Positions 27,954 through 38,087 of a stretch of DNA of 64,000 nt are shown one piece after another (position 1 is the first letter of the stretch; the number at the start of each line of letters is the position of its first letter). The notes below the pieces were generated by a model. That model was not told the origin of the DNA. It was given only the letters and a program-made list of their open reading frames with translations, and ran no database searches. The stretch covers positions 64,001 to 128,000 of the forward strand of contig JBFWNU010000004.1 in NCBI GenBank assembly GCA_050250895.1, in the 5' to 3' direction. The DNA comes from Vulcanimicrobiota bacterium. Lineage in GTDB: Bacteria > Vulcanimicrobiota > Xenobia > Xenobiales > JADMJV01. Both the position numbers and the translations under genes were made by a program.

Positions 27954-29279
27954 ATGCGAGTGTTGGCCCTGGTTATACTGACGCTGCTCTGCTCGGGTTG
28001 CCGGGGCGAGGGGGGTCAGGAACGGCGCGCCCGAGTGGCCGTCGTCGGCGTGGCCCATCCCGCCGAAGCGACCCCGAGTCAGTCTCGCGAGTATACCGGC
28101 ACGGTCGAGTCGCTCAACCAGGTAGCGGTCGTGCCCCAGGTGGCCGGCCAGCTGGAATCGGTCGAGGTATCGGTGGGCGACTCGGTGGAACGCGGCCAGC
28201 TGCTGGCCGTGGTCGACGATTCGCAGCTCGAGGCCCAGGTCAACCAGGCTCGAGCCACCGCCGCCGCCGGCCAGGCCAGCGTGCAGACCGCCCTGGCCAA
28301 CCTGGCCGCTCAGCGCGACCAGACCCGCACCCAGCAACAGGCGGTGGCCCAGGCCGAGGCCCAGCTCATCGAGGTGGCAGCCGCCGTGGAAAAGGCCGAG
28401 GTGCAGCAGAAGCTGGCTCTGAGCAACCTCAAACGCATTGAAGAAGTGGCCGCCAAAGATCTGATCGCCATCCAGGTGGTGGACGAAGCCAGGGCTCAGG
28501 CCGAGTCGACCGCGGCTGACGTGAAAGCGGCCAAAGCTCAGCAAACGGCCGCTCAGGGCCAGCTAAAACAGGCCCACTCGCGGGTCAAGACGGCGGCCCA
28601 GCAAGAGAAGGCCGCCGAAGCCCAGGTCAACACCGCCCGCGCTCAGGTGGACAGCCTGCTGTCTGCCCTGCAGGCCGTCGAGGTGAGACGGGATTTCACT
28701 CAGGTCGTCTCGCCCATCGACGGTGTGGTCGTGGCGCGCCGTCTGGATCCCGGAGCCTACGTCTCGCCAGGCAGCTCGTCGGCCGTGGTCGAGATTGCTG
28801 GGCTCGAGCAACTGCGTGTCGCCTTTGCCCTCAGCGAGGCGGATCTTTCACTGGTACGGCCGGGCCAAGAAGTGGACATCAGCTTCGATGCGCTACCCAA
28901 CCTCTCGCAGACGGGCCTTGTCAGTGGCCTGGCCGGAGGGCTTGACCCCTCGACCCGTACCATGCGGGTCGAGGTGCGACTAAGCCATCTCGATCCTCGC
29001 TTACGCCCGGGAATGCTCGCTCGCCTCAGACTCAAAGGCCAGACTCGGAAGGGACTGACCATCCCCATTCAGGCCGTGCAGAACAACGAGGGCAAGTTCT
29101 CGGTCTTTGTGGTCGGCGGCGACCAGAACGTGGCCCGGCGGCCCATCGAGGTCGAGGGGATGGAAGGCGACGTGGCCCTGGTGAAGTCGGGTCTATCCAA
29201 GGACGACACGGTGGTGGTGCGCGGAACGGATCAGGTGCAAGAAGGCAAGCCGGTCGAAGCAGTCGAGGTCGACTGGTAG
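27954..29279 (+). CDS. RND efflux periplasmic adaptor (MFP) lipoprotein
   Basis: Lipobox CSGC, VGDSVERGQLL, long coiled coil, SPIDGVV, LRPGM. Confidence 0.92.
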   Translation: MRVLALVILTLLCSGCRGEGGQERRARVAVVGVAHPAEATPSQSREYTGTVESLNQVAVVPQVAGQLESVEVSVGDSVERGQLLAVVDDSQLEAQVNQARATAAAGQASVQTALANLAAQRDQTRTQQQAVAQAEAQLIEVAAAVEKAEVQQKLALSNLKRIEEVAAKDLIAIQVVDEARAQAESTAADVKAAKAQQTAAQGQLKQAHSRVKTAAQQEKAAEAQVNTARAQVDSLLSALQAVEVRRDFTQVVSPIDGVVVARRLDPGAYVSPGSSSAVVEIAGLEQLRVAFALSEADLSLVRPGQEVDISFDALPNLSQTGLVSGLAGGLDPSTRTMRVEVRLSHLDPRLRPGMLARLRLKGQTRKGLTIPIQAVQNNEGKFSVFVVGGDQNVARRPIEVEGMEGDVALVKSGLSKDDTVVVRGTDQVQEGKPVEAVEVDW

Positions 29280-29282
29280 CCG

Positions 29283-32200
29283 ATGTGGCTGACGCGACTC
29301 GCCCTGCGCAATCCGGTAGCCGTGCTCATGGTCTGTATTGCCGTGTTGGTGCTGGCCGGGATTTCGGCCAGGCGCATCCCGATCGACATGTTTCCCTCGC
29401 TCAATATCCCCGCCATACGGATTAGCACCAACTATCCGGGGGCCACTCCCGAAGAGGTCGAACGCACCATTACCTATCCCCTCGAGCAGGCGATTTCGCG
29501 GGTGAGTGGCATCGTCCGGGTGCAATCAGAATCAGAAACGGGGCGCAGTCGCATCACCGTCTGGTTTGAATGGGGAGCCAATCTCGACACCGCCCTGGTT
29601 CAGATCATCTCCAACGTGCAACGCGCTCAGGACAACTTGCCCCTGGGGGTAGCACCGCCCTCGGTGGCTCTGTTCGACGTTTCGGACTTTGCCGTGGTGC
29701 AGATCGCCATGCGCGCTCCGGCCCTGAGTTCGAAAGAGCAATACGAACTGGCCGAGAATATCCTGGCCCCCCAATTGCAGCGATTGCCGGGCGTCTCCGA
29801 GGTGGTCACCCGCGGAGGCCTGTTGCGACAGATCAACGTGGATTGCGACCCGGCGCGTCTGGTGGCCCGAGGTCTAACGCTCGCTGACGTCCAGGCAGCC
29901 CTGCGAGCCAACAACCGCCTCATTCCCAGCGGCGGACTGCAAAATGATCGCCTTGACTATCAACTGCATGTGCCCACTTTGCTCGACCGGGTCGACGCCA
30001 TCCGGGACGTGATCATCACCTCGCGCAACGGCGTGCCCATCAAAGTGCGCGACGTGGCCAGGGTTGACGACGGTACGGCTACCCGCACCAGCATCTTCAA
30101 GGTCGACGGCCACGACGGAGTCGGACTGTGGGTGATGATGCAGCCGCGCGCGAATGTCGTCCAGCTGGCCGACGCCGTCAACAAAGCCGTTCCCAATCTG
30201 GCCGGCGTACCCGAAGGAGTCGAACTCGAGGTGGTCTTCGACCAGTCCAACTATGTGCGCGAGGCCATCGACGGCCTGGTTCACGAGGGCCTGTTTGGAG
30301 CGGTGCTGGTCTCGATCGTAGTGCTGGTCTTCTTGCGCAATGCGACCAGCGTCTTCATCATCTGCGTGGGCATCCCGCTGGCCATCGCGGCCGCGCTGAT
30401 GATGCTCTACTTCGGCAATCAGACCCTCAACATCTTCACCCTGGGCGGGCTGACGCTGGCCCTGGGGCGCCTGGTCGACGACGCCATCGTGGTCCGCGAG
30501 AACATCACCCGCCATCTCGACGAAGGCGACTCGGGAGCCCGACCCGTGGAAGAGGCGGTACTCGATGCCACCGCCGAGGTAGGCATGCCCGTGCTGGCCG
30601 CCACCCTGACCACCATCGCCGTCTTCTTTCCCGTGGTCTTTCTCGAAGGGGTGGCCCAAAAGCTGTTCGTGCCTCTGGCTATGACGATCATTTTTGCCAT
30701 GATGGCCTCATACTTCGTGTCGATGTCGGTCGACCCCGTGCTCTCGGTTCGATTGTCCCGGCGGGGTGGTCCGGCCGGGCCTATTGCGCGCTGGCTCGAG
30801 GGGGCGCTGGCCCGCCTCGAGGCTGGCTATCGACGCCTGCTCGAAGGCACTCTGCGCCGGCCGGCCATGGTGGCGGTCGTGTTGACCCTGTGTCTAGCCT
30901 CGGCTGTGGCTTTAGCTCCGCATATTTCCACTGAGTTCTTTCCTCGTGGCGACGAGAGCCTCCTCATCGTGCGTCTGCAGTCGCAACTGGGCACCGGGTT
31001 GCCGGCCACGGCCCAGGTGTGTGAACAGGTCGAAGCCCTCATTCGCGAGACCCTCAAGAAAGACGAGGCCCTGGCCATCATCACCTACGCCGGCACTCCC
31101 TCCAACCAGGCCCGCATGTTCGTGCGCTTGCGACCGCCGGCCGAACGGGGTCGCAGCGCCGAGCAAATCTCGCAAGCCCTGCGCAAAGCCACCGCTGGTA
31201 AGATCCCGGGGGTGCGGGTGGTCATCTCGCCGGGCGGCCAGGCCAATCGGGTCCTCAACTTCGGCGCCGGCGCCCCCATCGAGGTGCAGTTGCTGGGCTA
31301 CGACCAGGAGGTGGGAGCTATCCTGGCCGCCGATGTGGCCCGCCTGGTCAGCGCCGTCCCGGGCGCTGAAGATGTGCAGGTCAACCCTCAGGGCCGCGTT
31401 CCCTCGTTCGAAGTCACCATTGACCGGGAGCGGGCGGCTCTGCTGGGACTGAATCCGGTGGACGTTGCCAATACCATCAATATCGCCATCGCTGGCGGCC
31501 CCTCGGGAGGCAACCGCTTCGTCGACCCCGTCACCGGCAACGAGTTCGACCTGGTTACCCGTCTCGAGGAGCGCTATCGCCAGCACCCCGAGGATGTCGG
31601 TGCCGTGCCCATCGCGGCTCTATTCCCCGCTGCCAACCTGCGCAGCCAGGCCGCCACGCCGCTGGCCGTGCGCGACGTGGCTCACGTCGAGTTGGGGGAC
31701 GCGCCACTGTCTATCCAGCGCAAGAATCAGGTCCGCGTCATCGACATCACCGCCAACACCAGTCGCCCCCTGGGCGAGGTCTCGGCCGAGCTGCGCAAGC
31801 AGCTTTCGGCCTATGATTGGCCGGAAGGATTCACCTGGTATCTAGCCGGCCAGACCGAGCAACAAGAAGGCACTTTCAGCAGCATGGGGATGGCCTCGGT
31901 CCTGGCGCTCATGCTGGTGTATATGATCATGGCCTCGCAGTTCGGCAGCCTGTGGGAGCCCATGGTGATCATGCTGACCGTCCCGCTGGGACTGGTGGGG
32001 GTCGTCTGGATTCAGGTAGCCACCGGCACTCCCTTTTCGGTGATGTCGTTCATGGGAGTCATCATGATGACGGGTATCGTCGTCTCCAACGGCATTCTGT
32101 TGGTCGAGTTCGCCAAGACTCTGCAAGAACGTGGCCGCCCTCTCGGCGAGGCCATCGTCGAGGCCGGTCAATCTCGCTTGCGGCCGATTCTGATGACTGC

Positions 32201-32405
32201 GCTATCGACGGTGGTGGGTATGGTTCCCATGGCCACCGGCATGGGTAGCGGCGGCGACACCAACGGCCCGCTCGCGCTGGCCGTGATCGGCGGGCTGACC
32301 GTCTCGACCGTGCTCACCCTGCTAGTTCTGCCGCTGTTTTACCGCCTGGCGGCGTCCCGAGTCAGTCCTCGAGTTCCTGGCCCAACCAGTGATAGAACAG
32401 AATGA
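29283..32405 (+). CDS. RND efflux permease (AcrB/CzcA family)
   Basis: YPGATPEEVE, GRLVDDAIVVRENI, RLRPILMT; 1040 aa. Confidence 0.95.
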   Translation: MWLTRLALRNPVAVLMVCIAVLVLAGISARRIPIDMFPSLNIPAIRISTNYPGATPEEVERTITYPLEQAISRVSGIVRVQSESETGRSRITVWFEWGANLDTALVQIISNVQRAQDNLPLGVAPPSVALFDVSDFAVVQIAMRAPALSSKEQYELAENILAPQLQRLPGVSEVVTRGGLLRQINVDCDPARLVARGLTLADVQAALRANNRLIPSGGLQNDRLDYQLHVPTLLDRVDAIRDVIITSRNGVPIKVRDVARVDDGTATRTSIFKVDGHDGVGLWVMMQPRANVVQLADAVNKAVPNLAGVPEGVELEVVFDQSNYVREAIDGLVHEGLFGAVLVSIVVLVFLRNATSVFIICVGIPLAIAAALMMLYFGNQTLNIFTLGGLTLALGRLVDDAIVVRENITRHLDEGDSGARPVEEAVLDATAEVGMPVLAATLTTIAVFFPVVFLEGVAQKLFVPLAMTIIFAMMASYFVSMSVDPVLSVRLSRRGGPAGPIARWLEGALARLEAGYRRLLEGTLRRPAMVAVVLTLCLASAVALAPHISTEFFPRGDESLLIVRLQSQLGTGLPATAQVCEQVEALIRETLKKDEALAIITYAGTPSNQARMFVRLRPPAERGRSAEQISQALRKATAGKIPGVRVVISPGGQANRVLNFGAGAPIEVQLLGYDQEVGAILAADVARLVSAVPGAEDVQVNPQGRVPSFEVTIDRERAALLGLNPVDVANTINIAIAGGPSGGNRFVDPVTGNEFDLVTRLEERYRQHPEDVGAVPIAALFPAANLRSQAATPLAVRDVAHVELGDAPLSIQRKNQVRVIDITANTSRPLGEVSAELRKQLSAYDWPEGFTWYLAGQTEQQEGTFSSMGMASVLALMLVYMIMASQFGSLWEPMVIMLTVPLGLVGVVWIQVATGTPFSVMSFMGVIMMTGIVVSNGILLVEFAKTLQERGRPLGEAIVEAGQSRLRPILMTALSTVVGMVPMATGMGSGGDTNGPLALAVIGGLTVSTVLTLLVLPLFYRLAASRVSPRVPGPTSDRTE

Positions 32406-34275
32406 GCGGCAGAACGCAGGCCAGAGTGTTGACGATGGCCACCGACGCCGGCGCCGGCGGAATCGGGTAGGAGGGCTGTAACGGCACGTACAGCATCGGC
32501 GCGAAGTTGCTGGCCAGCAGCGGCAGCAGGGCTACCAGCAAGAGACTGAGCGCCCGGGCCGCTCGGGGAGACGCAGAGAGGGCCAGCCACACCCCGGCTA
32601 GAGCAACCAGACCACACCAGAGTTGCCAACCGGTAAACCCCCAGAACAACATGAAAGAGGGCGACACCCAGGCGATGAAGTCGCGGGAGTGGCCATAGGG
32701 CAGGTCGTACTGCTGCTCATAGAGCCAGGCGTTGGCCGCGTTGAGCACCCACACAAAGCCCGCCGCGGCCGCCAGGCCGCGCAGGCGCAGGCGCGAAGGA
32801 CGAGCCAGAATCACCCCCACGCCCTCCCAGGCGAACAGCACCGCCGTGACCACCACCAGGCCAGCCTGCAGCGTCATCGTGGCCGAATAGCCCTCGCCGC
32901 CAAGCCAGGCGGCCAGCGAGTAGACGGCCATCAGCCCGAACGGCACCGTGCAAGCCAGGGCGCCAAAGGGCGGCAGCTCTCCGCGACCCCGCAACAGGTA
33001 GAAACTCAACATGGCGCAGCCGAGGAAAAGCAGCAGACTCTGCACCGGAGCGAAGCCGCTTTGACCCAGCAGGCGGTAGCCCCGCCCAACGTGCTCGAGC
33101 AAGAGCCGATTGAAATCTTGATACTGAAGGATGAAGATCGGAAAGGCCAGCAGGGCGGTGGGCAGACACAGTCGACCGAGCCGCAGTAGCCGGTCATCCT
33201 GGCGAGAGCCCAAATCGAGAGGGTCGGGGGCTGGCGCGGCGGCCGGCGGTGGGGCCAACTCGAGGGTGACGGCGTGAGCGTAGAGTTGATCGACCATCCA
33301 CTCGCGGTCGGGGTCGGCCAGGGCCTTGCCAAATTGCAGGCGGGTCCGATCGCTAATGGCAAAGACCCCGCCTCCTCCAGGGTGCAGTTCTTCGAGTTCG
33401 TCCCAGGGGATGGTCGTGGTTCGCTCGCCCAGCGGTGATACTGTCGTCAGGGCCAGTCCTGCCATGTCCACCTTCAAGGCCCGCTCCGTCGGGGTGAACA
33501 GCAAGACCAAGAAAAACATCACGGGTAGGATCGAGAACACCACCAGAGCGACCTTGAGGCCGGCTCCGAGCAACGCCACGGCGCCCAGAAAGATCGCTAC
33601 CAACAGCACCTTCCCGAACAGGACCACCAGATCCACCGTCGGCATCTCGAAGGTCAGGACCTGACCCGCGCGCTCAAATCGCAGGCGGGTTCCCTCAGGA
33701 GGATCGCACCGTTGAGACGGGCGAGGCTCAGCTTTGAGACGAGCGATCAGTGGCTCGTCGAGTTGCCCTGGCTCACGAACGACCAGGCGTCCAGTGGAAT
33801 CGTCGTGGAGCGGTAAGCCGGTGAGTCGCGATACCGATTCGGCCGCCCGACGTCCGGCCAGCGGGTCCTGGCTCTCATGCACGGCCAGCATGTTCGCCCC
33901 CTGGAGTTTGGTACAGAAGTGATAGGTCGTTCGCGAACTATTCTTGTTGCCATGGACTCGCCTTTCCAGATGATGGCGGACCGACTCGAAAGCATCAAAG
34001 TTCACCGACTCTTTCAAGAGCGGAAACAGGAAGCCGGCGTAATACTCGGCCTTACCTTGCTCGGGATACAGTATCACCTCGGCGCGATAGCACAGCATTC
34101 CCACGCCGATCAACAGCAGCGGGATCGCCGCTAGGAGGGAAGTCCAGTGTTGATTTGCGCCGGCCAGAAAAAGACCACCAAGGGCGAAAGGAATGATACT
34201 GCCGACACTCAGACCACGGGGAACTTGATCGAAACGGGCTTTGTCCATCCCTGCTTGTTCCATATAGGAAAACAT
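32362..34275 (-). CDS. Hypothetical polytopic membrane protein
   Basis: 637-aa ORF with two TM-hairpin plus soluble modules, a Pro linker and a C-terminal multi-TM domain; start uncertain. Confidence 0.7.
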   Translation of the reverse strand: MFSYMEQAGMDKARFDQVPRGLSVGSIIPFALGGLFLAGANQHWTSLLAAIPLLLIGVGMLCYRAEVILYPEQGKAEYYAGFLFPLLKESVNFDAFESVRHHLERRVHGNKNSSRTTYHFCTKLQGANMLAVHESQDPLAGRRAAESVSRLTGLPLHDDSTGRLVVREPGQLDEPLIARLKAEPRPSQRCDPPEGTRLRFERAGQVLTFEMPTVDLVVLFGKVLLVAIFLGAVALLGAGLKVALVVFSILPVMFFLVLLFTPTERALKVDMAGLALTTVSPLGERTTTIPWDELEELHPGGGGVFAISDRTRLQFGKALADPDREWMVDQLYAHAVTLELAPPPAAAPAPDPLDLGSRQDDRLLRLGRLCLPTALLAFPIFILQYQDFNRLLLEHVGRGYRLLGQSGFAPVQSLLLFLGCAMLSFYLLRGRGELPPFGALACTVPFGLMAVYSLAAWLGGEGYSATMTLQAGLVVVTAVLFAWEGVGVILARPSRLRLRGLAAAAGFVWVLNAANAWLYEQQYDLPYGHSRDFIAWVSPSFMLFWGFTGWQLWCGLVALAGVWLALSASPRAARALSLLLVALLPLLASNFAPMLYVPLQPSYPIPPAPASVAIVNTLACVLPLILFYHWLGQELED

Positions 34276-34346
34276 AAACCTGCAAAACCAACAACATCGT
34301 GCGAAAAGGTCAGGAACCGCCCCGAGACCGAAAGGGTTCCACCTGT

Positions 34347-34679
34347 ATGGACATCGCCATCGAAGGATTCGATACCGTCGCCTACTTCACCGAGGGTCAG
34401 GCCCGCCCTGGCTCGCCCGACTTCACTCACGAGTGGAGAGGTCAAGTGTGGCAGTTTGCCACGGCCGAGCATCGTGACCAGTTCGCCGCCGACCCGGGCA
34501 GCTATGCTCCTCAACTCGACGCCCAGTGCGCCATGTCGTGCGCCCTCGGCCGACCCCATCCCGGCAACCCCCGAGTCTGGAAGATCGTCGACGGGAAGCT
34601 CTATTTCAACAACAATCCCGTGGCTGGCTGGCTGTGGAGGAGCATTCCCGGCATGGTCGCTCGTTCGCAGCAATCATAG
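34347..34679 (+). CDS. YHS-domain-like protein (Cys form)
   Basis: AIEGFDTVAYF, WQFATAEHRDQFAADP..YAPQ...CA, WKIVDGKLYFN. Confidence 0.85.
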   Translation: MDIAIEGFDTVAYFTEGQARPGSPDFTHEWRGQVWQFATAEHRDQFAADPGSYAPQLDAQCAMSCALGRPHPGNPRVWKIVDGKLYFNNNPVAGWLWRSIPGMVARSQQS

Positions 34680-35696
34680 GGCTTTGAGCCGCTGGGCCAG
34701 GGACTTGAGGTGGCGCACCTGTTGTTCGTAAATCTCATCCTCGACCGCCGCCAACCCAGACAGGTCGGTAGCCAGGCGACCACAGGCGCAAAAAGCCTCG
34801 ACCTCGGGCACTCCCAGGGCCTGATGCATGTCGACCCCGACGTGGAGGCCCTCCTTGAACCACTCGATCCAGGCTTTGCGGTCGCCACCGGCATAATGAG
34901 CCAGCAAGTATTGGCAGCGCAACATCTCGCCAGACCTGGCCGTGCGCGGATTGCCGCGATGGTCCTCGAGCTTTAGCTTCGAGCCCAGCTTGGGGTCAGG
35001 GGCGGGCACGAGAAAGCCCGACTCGAGGCCTCGGGGCGGCGCCGTCACCACCAGCAGGGCCCGGACTCCCTCATCAAAGAGAGGATAGGGCTCCACAGCA
35101 CGCCCGTCGATCACCAAACGTAGCGGGGCCTGGCGACAATGCCGAGCGATGATGGCGTGTTCATCGCTCCAGCTCCCCCGCGAAAGCAGGCCCATCCAAC
35201 TCCAGCGCCGTTCGAATTCGAGGCGGAAGAGGCTGGGCTTGCCGGCCTGCGGGTCCGTTTTCAAGCTGCGGGTGACCTGCAGCTTCTGGCCCGAGAACTC
35301 GAGCAATTCCTCCCGCTCGCCGTTCTCTAGACGCCAGCGCAACCGAGGAGGGTCGAGCGCCATCGCCGACTGCAGCGCTCGCGTCAAGTGGCCCGCAGGG
35401 TTGTCGGGGGGGAATGGGTTGCCGAGCTTCTCCAGGATCTCTTGCAGATAGCCGTAGCGGCCGCAGGCTTCGAGGGTGAAGGAGGCCACGGTCCGGCCCC
35501 GCTCGATGGTGATGGACAGCCCTCGCGCGCCGATACCAACGGCCGATTGCAGCAAACGCATCAGATAGGCGGCCGGCTGGCGAAGCTGGTGCTCGCGGAG
35601 CTTTTCGAGGGTGCGAGCCAGATCGATCGTGAACTGACCGGACGACTCTTGACGTCCCTCGGACCTGGCCTGGGCCAGGAACTCCTCGAGCTGCAC
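34674..35696 (-). CDS. Hypothetical protein with degenerate HATPase/Hsp90-like N-terminus
   Basis: SGQFTIDLARTLEKLREHQL...YLMRLLQSAVG.GA; paralogous to 39084-40775. Confidence 0.7.
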   Translation of the reverse strand: MQLEEFLAQARSEGRQESSGQFTIDLARTLEKLREHQLRQPAAYLMRLLQSAVGIGARGLSITIERGRTVASFTLEACGRYGYLQEILEKLGNPFPPDNPAGHLTRALQSAMALDPPRLRWRLENGEREELLEFSGQKLQVTRSLKTDPQAGKPSLFRLEFERRWSWMGLLSRGSWSDEHAIIARHCRQAPLRLVIDGRAVEPYPLFDEGVRALLVVTAPPRGLESGFLVPAPDPKLGSKLKLEDHRGNPRTARSGEMLRCQYLLAHYAGGDRKAWIEWFKEGLHVGVDMHQALGVPEVEAFCACGRLATDLSGLAAVEDEIYEQQVRHLKSLAQRLKAL

Positions 35697-36148
35697 TAAA
35701 GCTCGGCCAGCAGGCGATCGTGCAGGTGCTTTACCAGGTCAAGACTCGAGATGATGCCGACCACTTTGCGATGACCACTGGTTACGATGACGCGATGCAG
35801 TTGGTGCAAGGTCATCAGACTGGCCACGCTATGGAGCGGCGTCATCTCGCCGACATGAAAAGTGGTCGCGCTCATGATGTCGCTGACCGGCGAGTCTTCA
35901 TTGATCCCTCGCAGCGGCTGCGTCAAACGAGCGAAGTCGAGAAAGAATCCCTCGCGTTGATAGCTGTGCTCCCCCTCGGCCCCGAGCAGGTCGGTGACCG
36001 AGATGACCCCCACCAACTCGCCGTCTTCGTCGACCACGGGCGCACCGGAAATGCCTTTTTCGAGAAACAGCTCGCGCACTTTGGAGAGGCACTGATGAGG
36101 ACGAACCGTCAGCACCTCGCGCGACATCACATCCTGAGCTAAAATCAT
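35696..36148 (-). CDS. CBS domain protein
   Basis: AQDVMS, ISGAPVVD, GVISVTD, VGIISSLD. Confidence 0.9.
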   Translation of the reverse strand: MILAQDVMSREVLTVRPHQCLSKVRELFLEKGISGAPVVDEDGELVGVISVTDLLGAEGEHSYQREGFFLDFARLTQPLRGINEDSPVSDIMSATTFHVGEMTPLHSVASLMTLHQLHRVIVTSGHRKVVGIISSLDLVKHLHDRLLAEL

Positions 36149-36185
36149 GGCCGCCTCTTCTCTAACGCGGCCGCCCCGGCCTTCT

Positions 36186-36644
36186 CTAGTCCGTGAGGTA
36201 AAGTGTCAAAGACTCGATATGGCCATTGAGGCTATAGGACGACAGCCTGCAGCCGCGGCCTTGCCATTCACACTTGCGATGGCCTTCAGCGGTGAAAATG
36301 GAAGGCGACCCGCCCCAGCCCTCCAGCACTTCATCGGGTTGCCCGACCTCCAATCGGCGATCGGGGAGGGTCAGCACCCGGCCGGTAATGGAAGTGGCTC
36401 GAAGGCCCCACTTGCCCAACCCGACCTCCGTGCCAGAATGCCAGCGAGAGAAGAACTTGTCATAGTCTTCGCTCTCTATATCGGGCTTGAGCTGGCGAAG
36501 CTCGACCTGGTTGGTGCCCAGAGCGATACCATCGATTCTAGCCGTGGCCACATCCAGCACCGGCGGCGACGAAGGACGCAGCGCCATGGCCACCAGAGCG
36601 ATGAGAGACACCAAAACCAACCCCTCTAGAAGACGTCTCTTCAT
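36186..36644 (-). CDS. Hypothetical membrane-anchored/secreted protein
   Basis: MKRRLL followed by a hydrophobic helix; IDGIALG. Confidence 0.6.
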   Translation of the reverse strand: MKRRLLEGLVLVSLIALVAMALRPSSPPVLDVATARIDGIALGTNQVELRQLKPDIESEDYDKFFSRWHSGTEVGLGKWGLRATSITGRVLTLPDRRLEVGQPDEVLEGWGGSPSIFTAEGHRKCEWQGRGCRLSSYSLNGHIESLTLYLTD

Positions 36645-36702
36645 GCTGGAAGATTTGACCGTGGCGCAGGACCCTCCCCCCGCCGCCCGAGAAACATCAG
36701 GC

Positions 36703-36951
36703 ATGGATATCGAAATTCGTCATTGCGTGCGTTGAGGCTACGGTGACAGAGCGGCGAGTCTCGCCGCGACCATCGAGCGCGAATTGGGCGAAAAGCCCAA
36801 ACTGGTGCCGGGTAAAGTCGGGCAGTTCGAGGTCTTCGTCGACGGACAACTGGTGGTCGAGAAAGATCAGGTCGGGCTGTGGGCCAAGCTGCTGGGCAAC
36901 AAAGGGATCCCCAGCGACGAGAAGGTCCTCCAGTTGCTCAAGAAGCCCTGA
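36703..36951 (+). CDS. SelT/SelW/SelH (Rdx) family selenoprotein, 82 aa, UGA-Sec at codon 11
   Basis: MDIEIRHCVR-U-GYGDRAASLAATI...GQFEVFVDGQLV...GIPSDEKVL; CxxU motif with in-frame TGA at 36733-36735. Confidence 0.88.
36736..36771 (+). promoter_or_regulatory. Putative bacterial SECIS hairpin
   Basis: GCGGCGA-GTC-TCGCCGC stem-loop (36751-36767) 15 nt after the UGA, with G in the apical loop. Confidence 0.65.
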
Positions 36952-37104
36952 TTTAAGGGTTCCTTAAGAACGGCCTAATAGACTCGCTGCAGGACTGGGA
37001 AGCTGTCGAGAGTTCCACGCATTTTCGCTTCGACAGCGGGCGCAGGGCGTCCCGGTTGAAGAATTGCGTCCATGCGTCTTCAGCCGAAAACGAAAGGCGT
37101 GGAG

Positions 37105-38079
37105 ATGAAAGTCCAACCCCTCACCAACCAGCAAGCCATCGACAGGCTGCAAGCAGAAGAAATGCGTCTGTTGCGCGACAACCATCCGTCCGACGCGGCG
37201 CAAATGGTCGAGAATCGCGAGATTCTAGCCAAAGGGCGAGGAGACGACCTGTGGGACGTGTTTCGCAACGCCCACGAAGCCGAAGCAAAGTGGGACAAGG
37301 TCAAACAGGCCATCACTCCCGAGGACAGCAGCGAAGTCGGATTCTATGGCGCCTTCGCGGGCTTCGTGGCCGCAGGAGCGGTGGGTAGCGCGGTGGGTAA
37401 CTACTTGCACACGGGCAATCTGGGGCAGTCGCTGCTGCTGAGTTTGATCCCGGTGGCCACAGGCCTGCTTGGAGCTTTGATAGCTTTTGTTCCCTACGAA
37501 GACGAGGATATCGACCTTAGTCGTCCCATCGGCGGCGTCATCGCGGCCACCTCCATCGCAGCCATGGCCTCTCATCACTGGCTTCCCCCGGTCGCGGCCG
37601 GGCTGGCCACGATCGGCGCCAGCGTGGCCATTCCTCTGGTGGCCGCCCATAAGTCCGAGCAAAACAGGCGCATTCAGGAGGTCATCGAGACCAACAAGAA
37701 GCTTCTGGAGACCCCCCTGAGTCCCTCCGCCAAACTTGGTTCGGCCATCAGCAAGCGCGATGTGCTAGGCACCCTCTCGAGGCTCGAAGCCAAGGCGGTG
37801 GAGGAATCGAACTACACCGGCGCGGTGACGATCCACGAAGACCTGGAGCGGTTGGGCGACCTCAAGGGCGACACCTTCCACGATATGTTCGTGGCCAGTC
37901 GCGGCCACGAGAAAAGCAAGAACACTCTGATTCGGTATGCCGACAAGATTCTCGAGGACGCCCGTCAGCGCGACGAGATCGACGCGCTGCTCAAAGGCAA
38001 TCCCTCGGCCACCCAATTGCTGGTGGAGGAAGAAGCGATCGAAGTGGGCGACCAGCGCCTGCCGGTCGTGACCCAGTAG
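37105..38079 (+). CDS. Hypothetical membrane protein (tandem paralog 1)
   Basis: MKVQPLTNQQAIDRLQAEE..; about 4 TM; clearly similar to the next gene. Confidence 0.75.
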   Translation: MKVQPLTNQQAIDRLQAEEMRLLRDNHPSDAAQMVENREILAKGRGDDLWDVFRNAHEAEAKWDKVKQAITPEDSSEVGFYGAFAGFVAAGAVGSAVGNYLHTGNLGQSLLLSLIPVATGLLGALIAFVPYEDEDIDLSRPIGGVIAATSIAAMASHHWLPPVAAGLATIGASVAIPLVAAHKSEQNRRIQEVIETNKKLLETPLSPSAKLGSAISKRDVLGTLSRLEAKAVEESNYTGAVTIHEDLERLGDLKGDTFHDMFVASRGHEKSKNTLIRYADKILEDARQRDEIDALLKGNPSATQLLVEEEAIEVGDQRLPVVTQ

Positions 38080-38087
38080 GAGGAAGT

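Noticed and set aside
34347-34679. YHS selenoprotein
   Set aside because: The corresponding position is Cys (TGC); no in-frame TGA.
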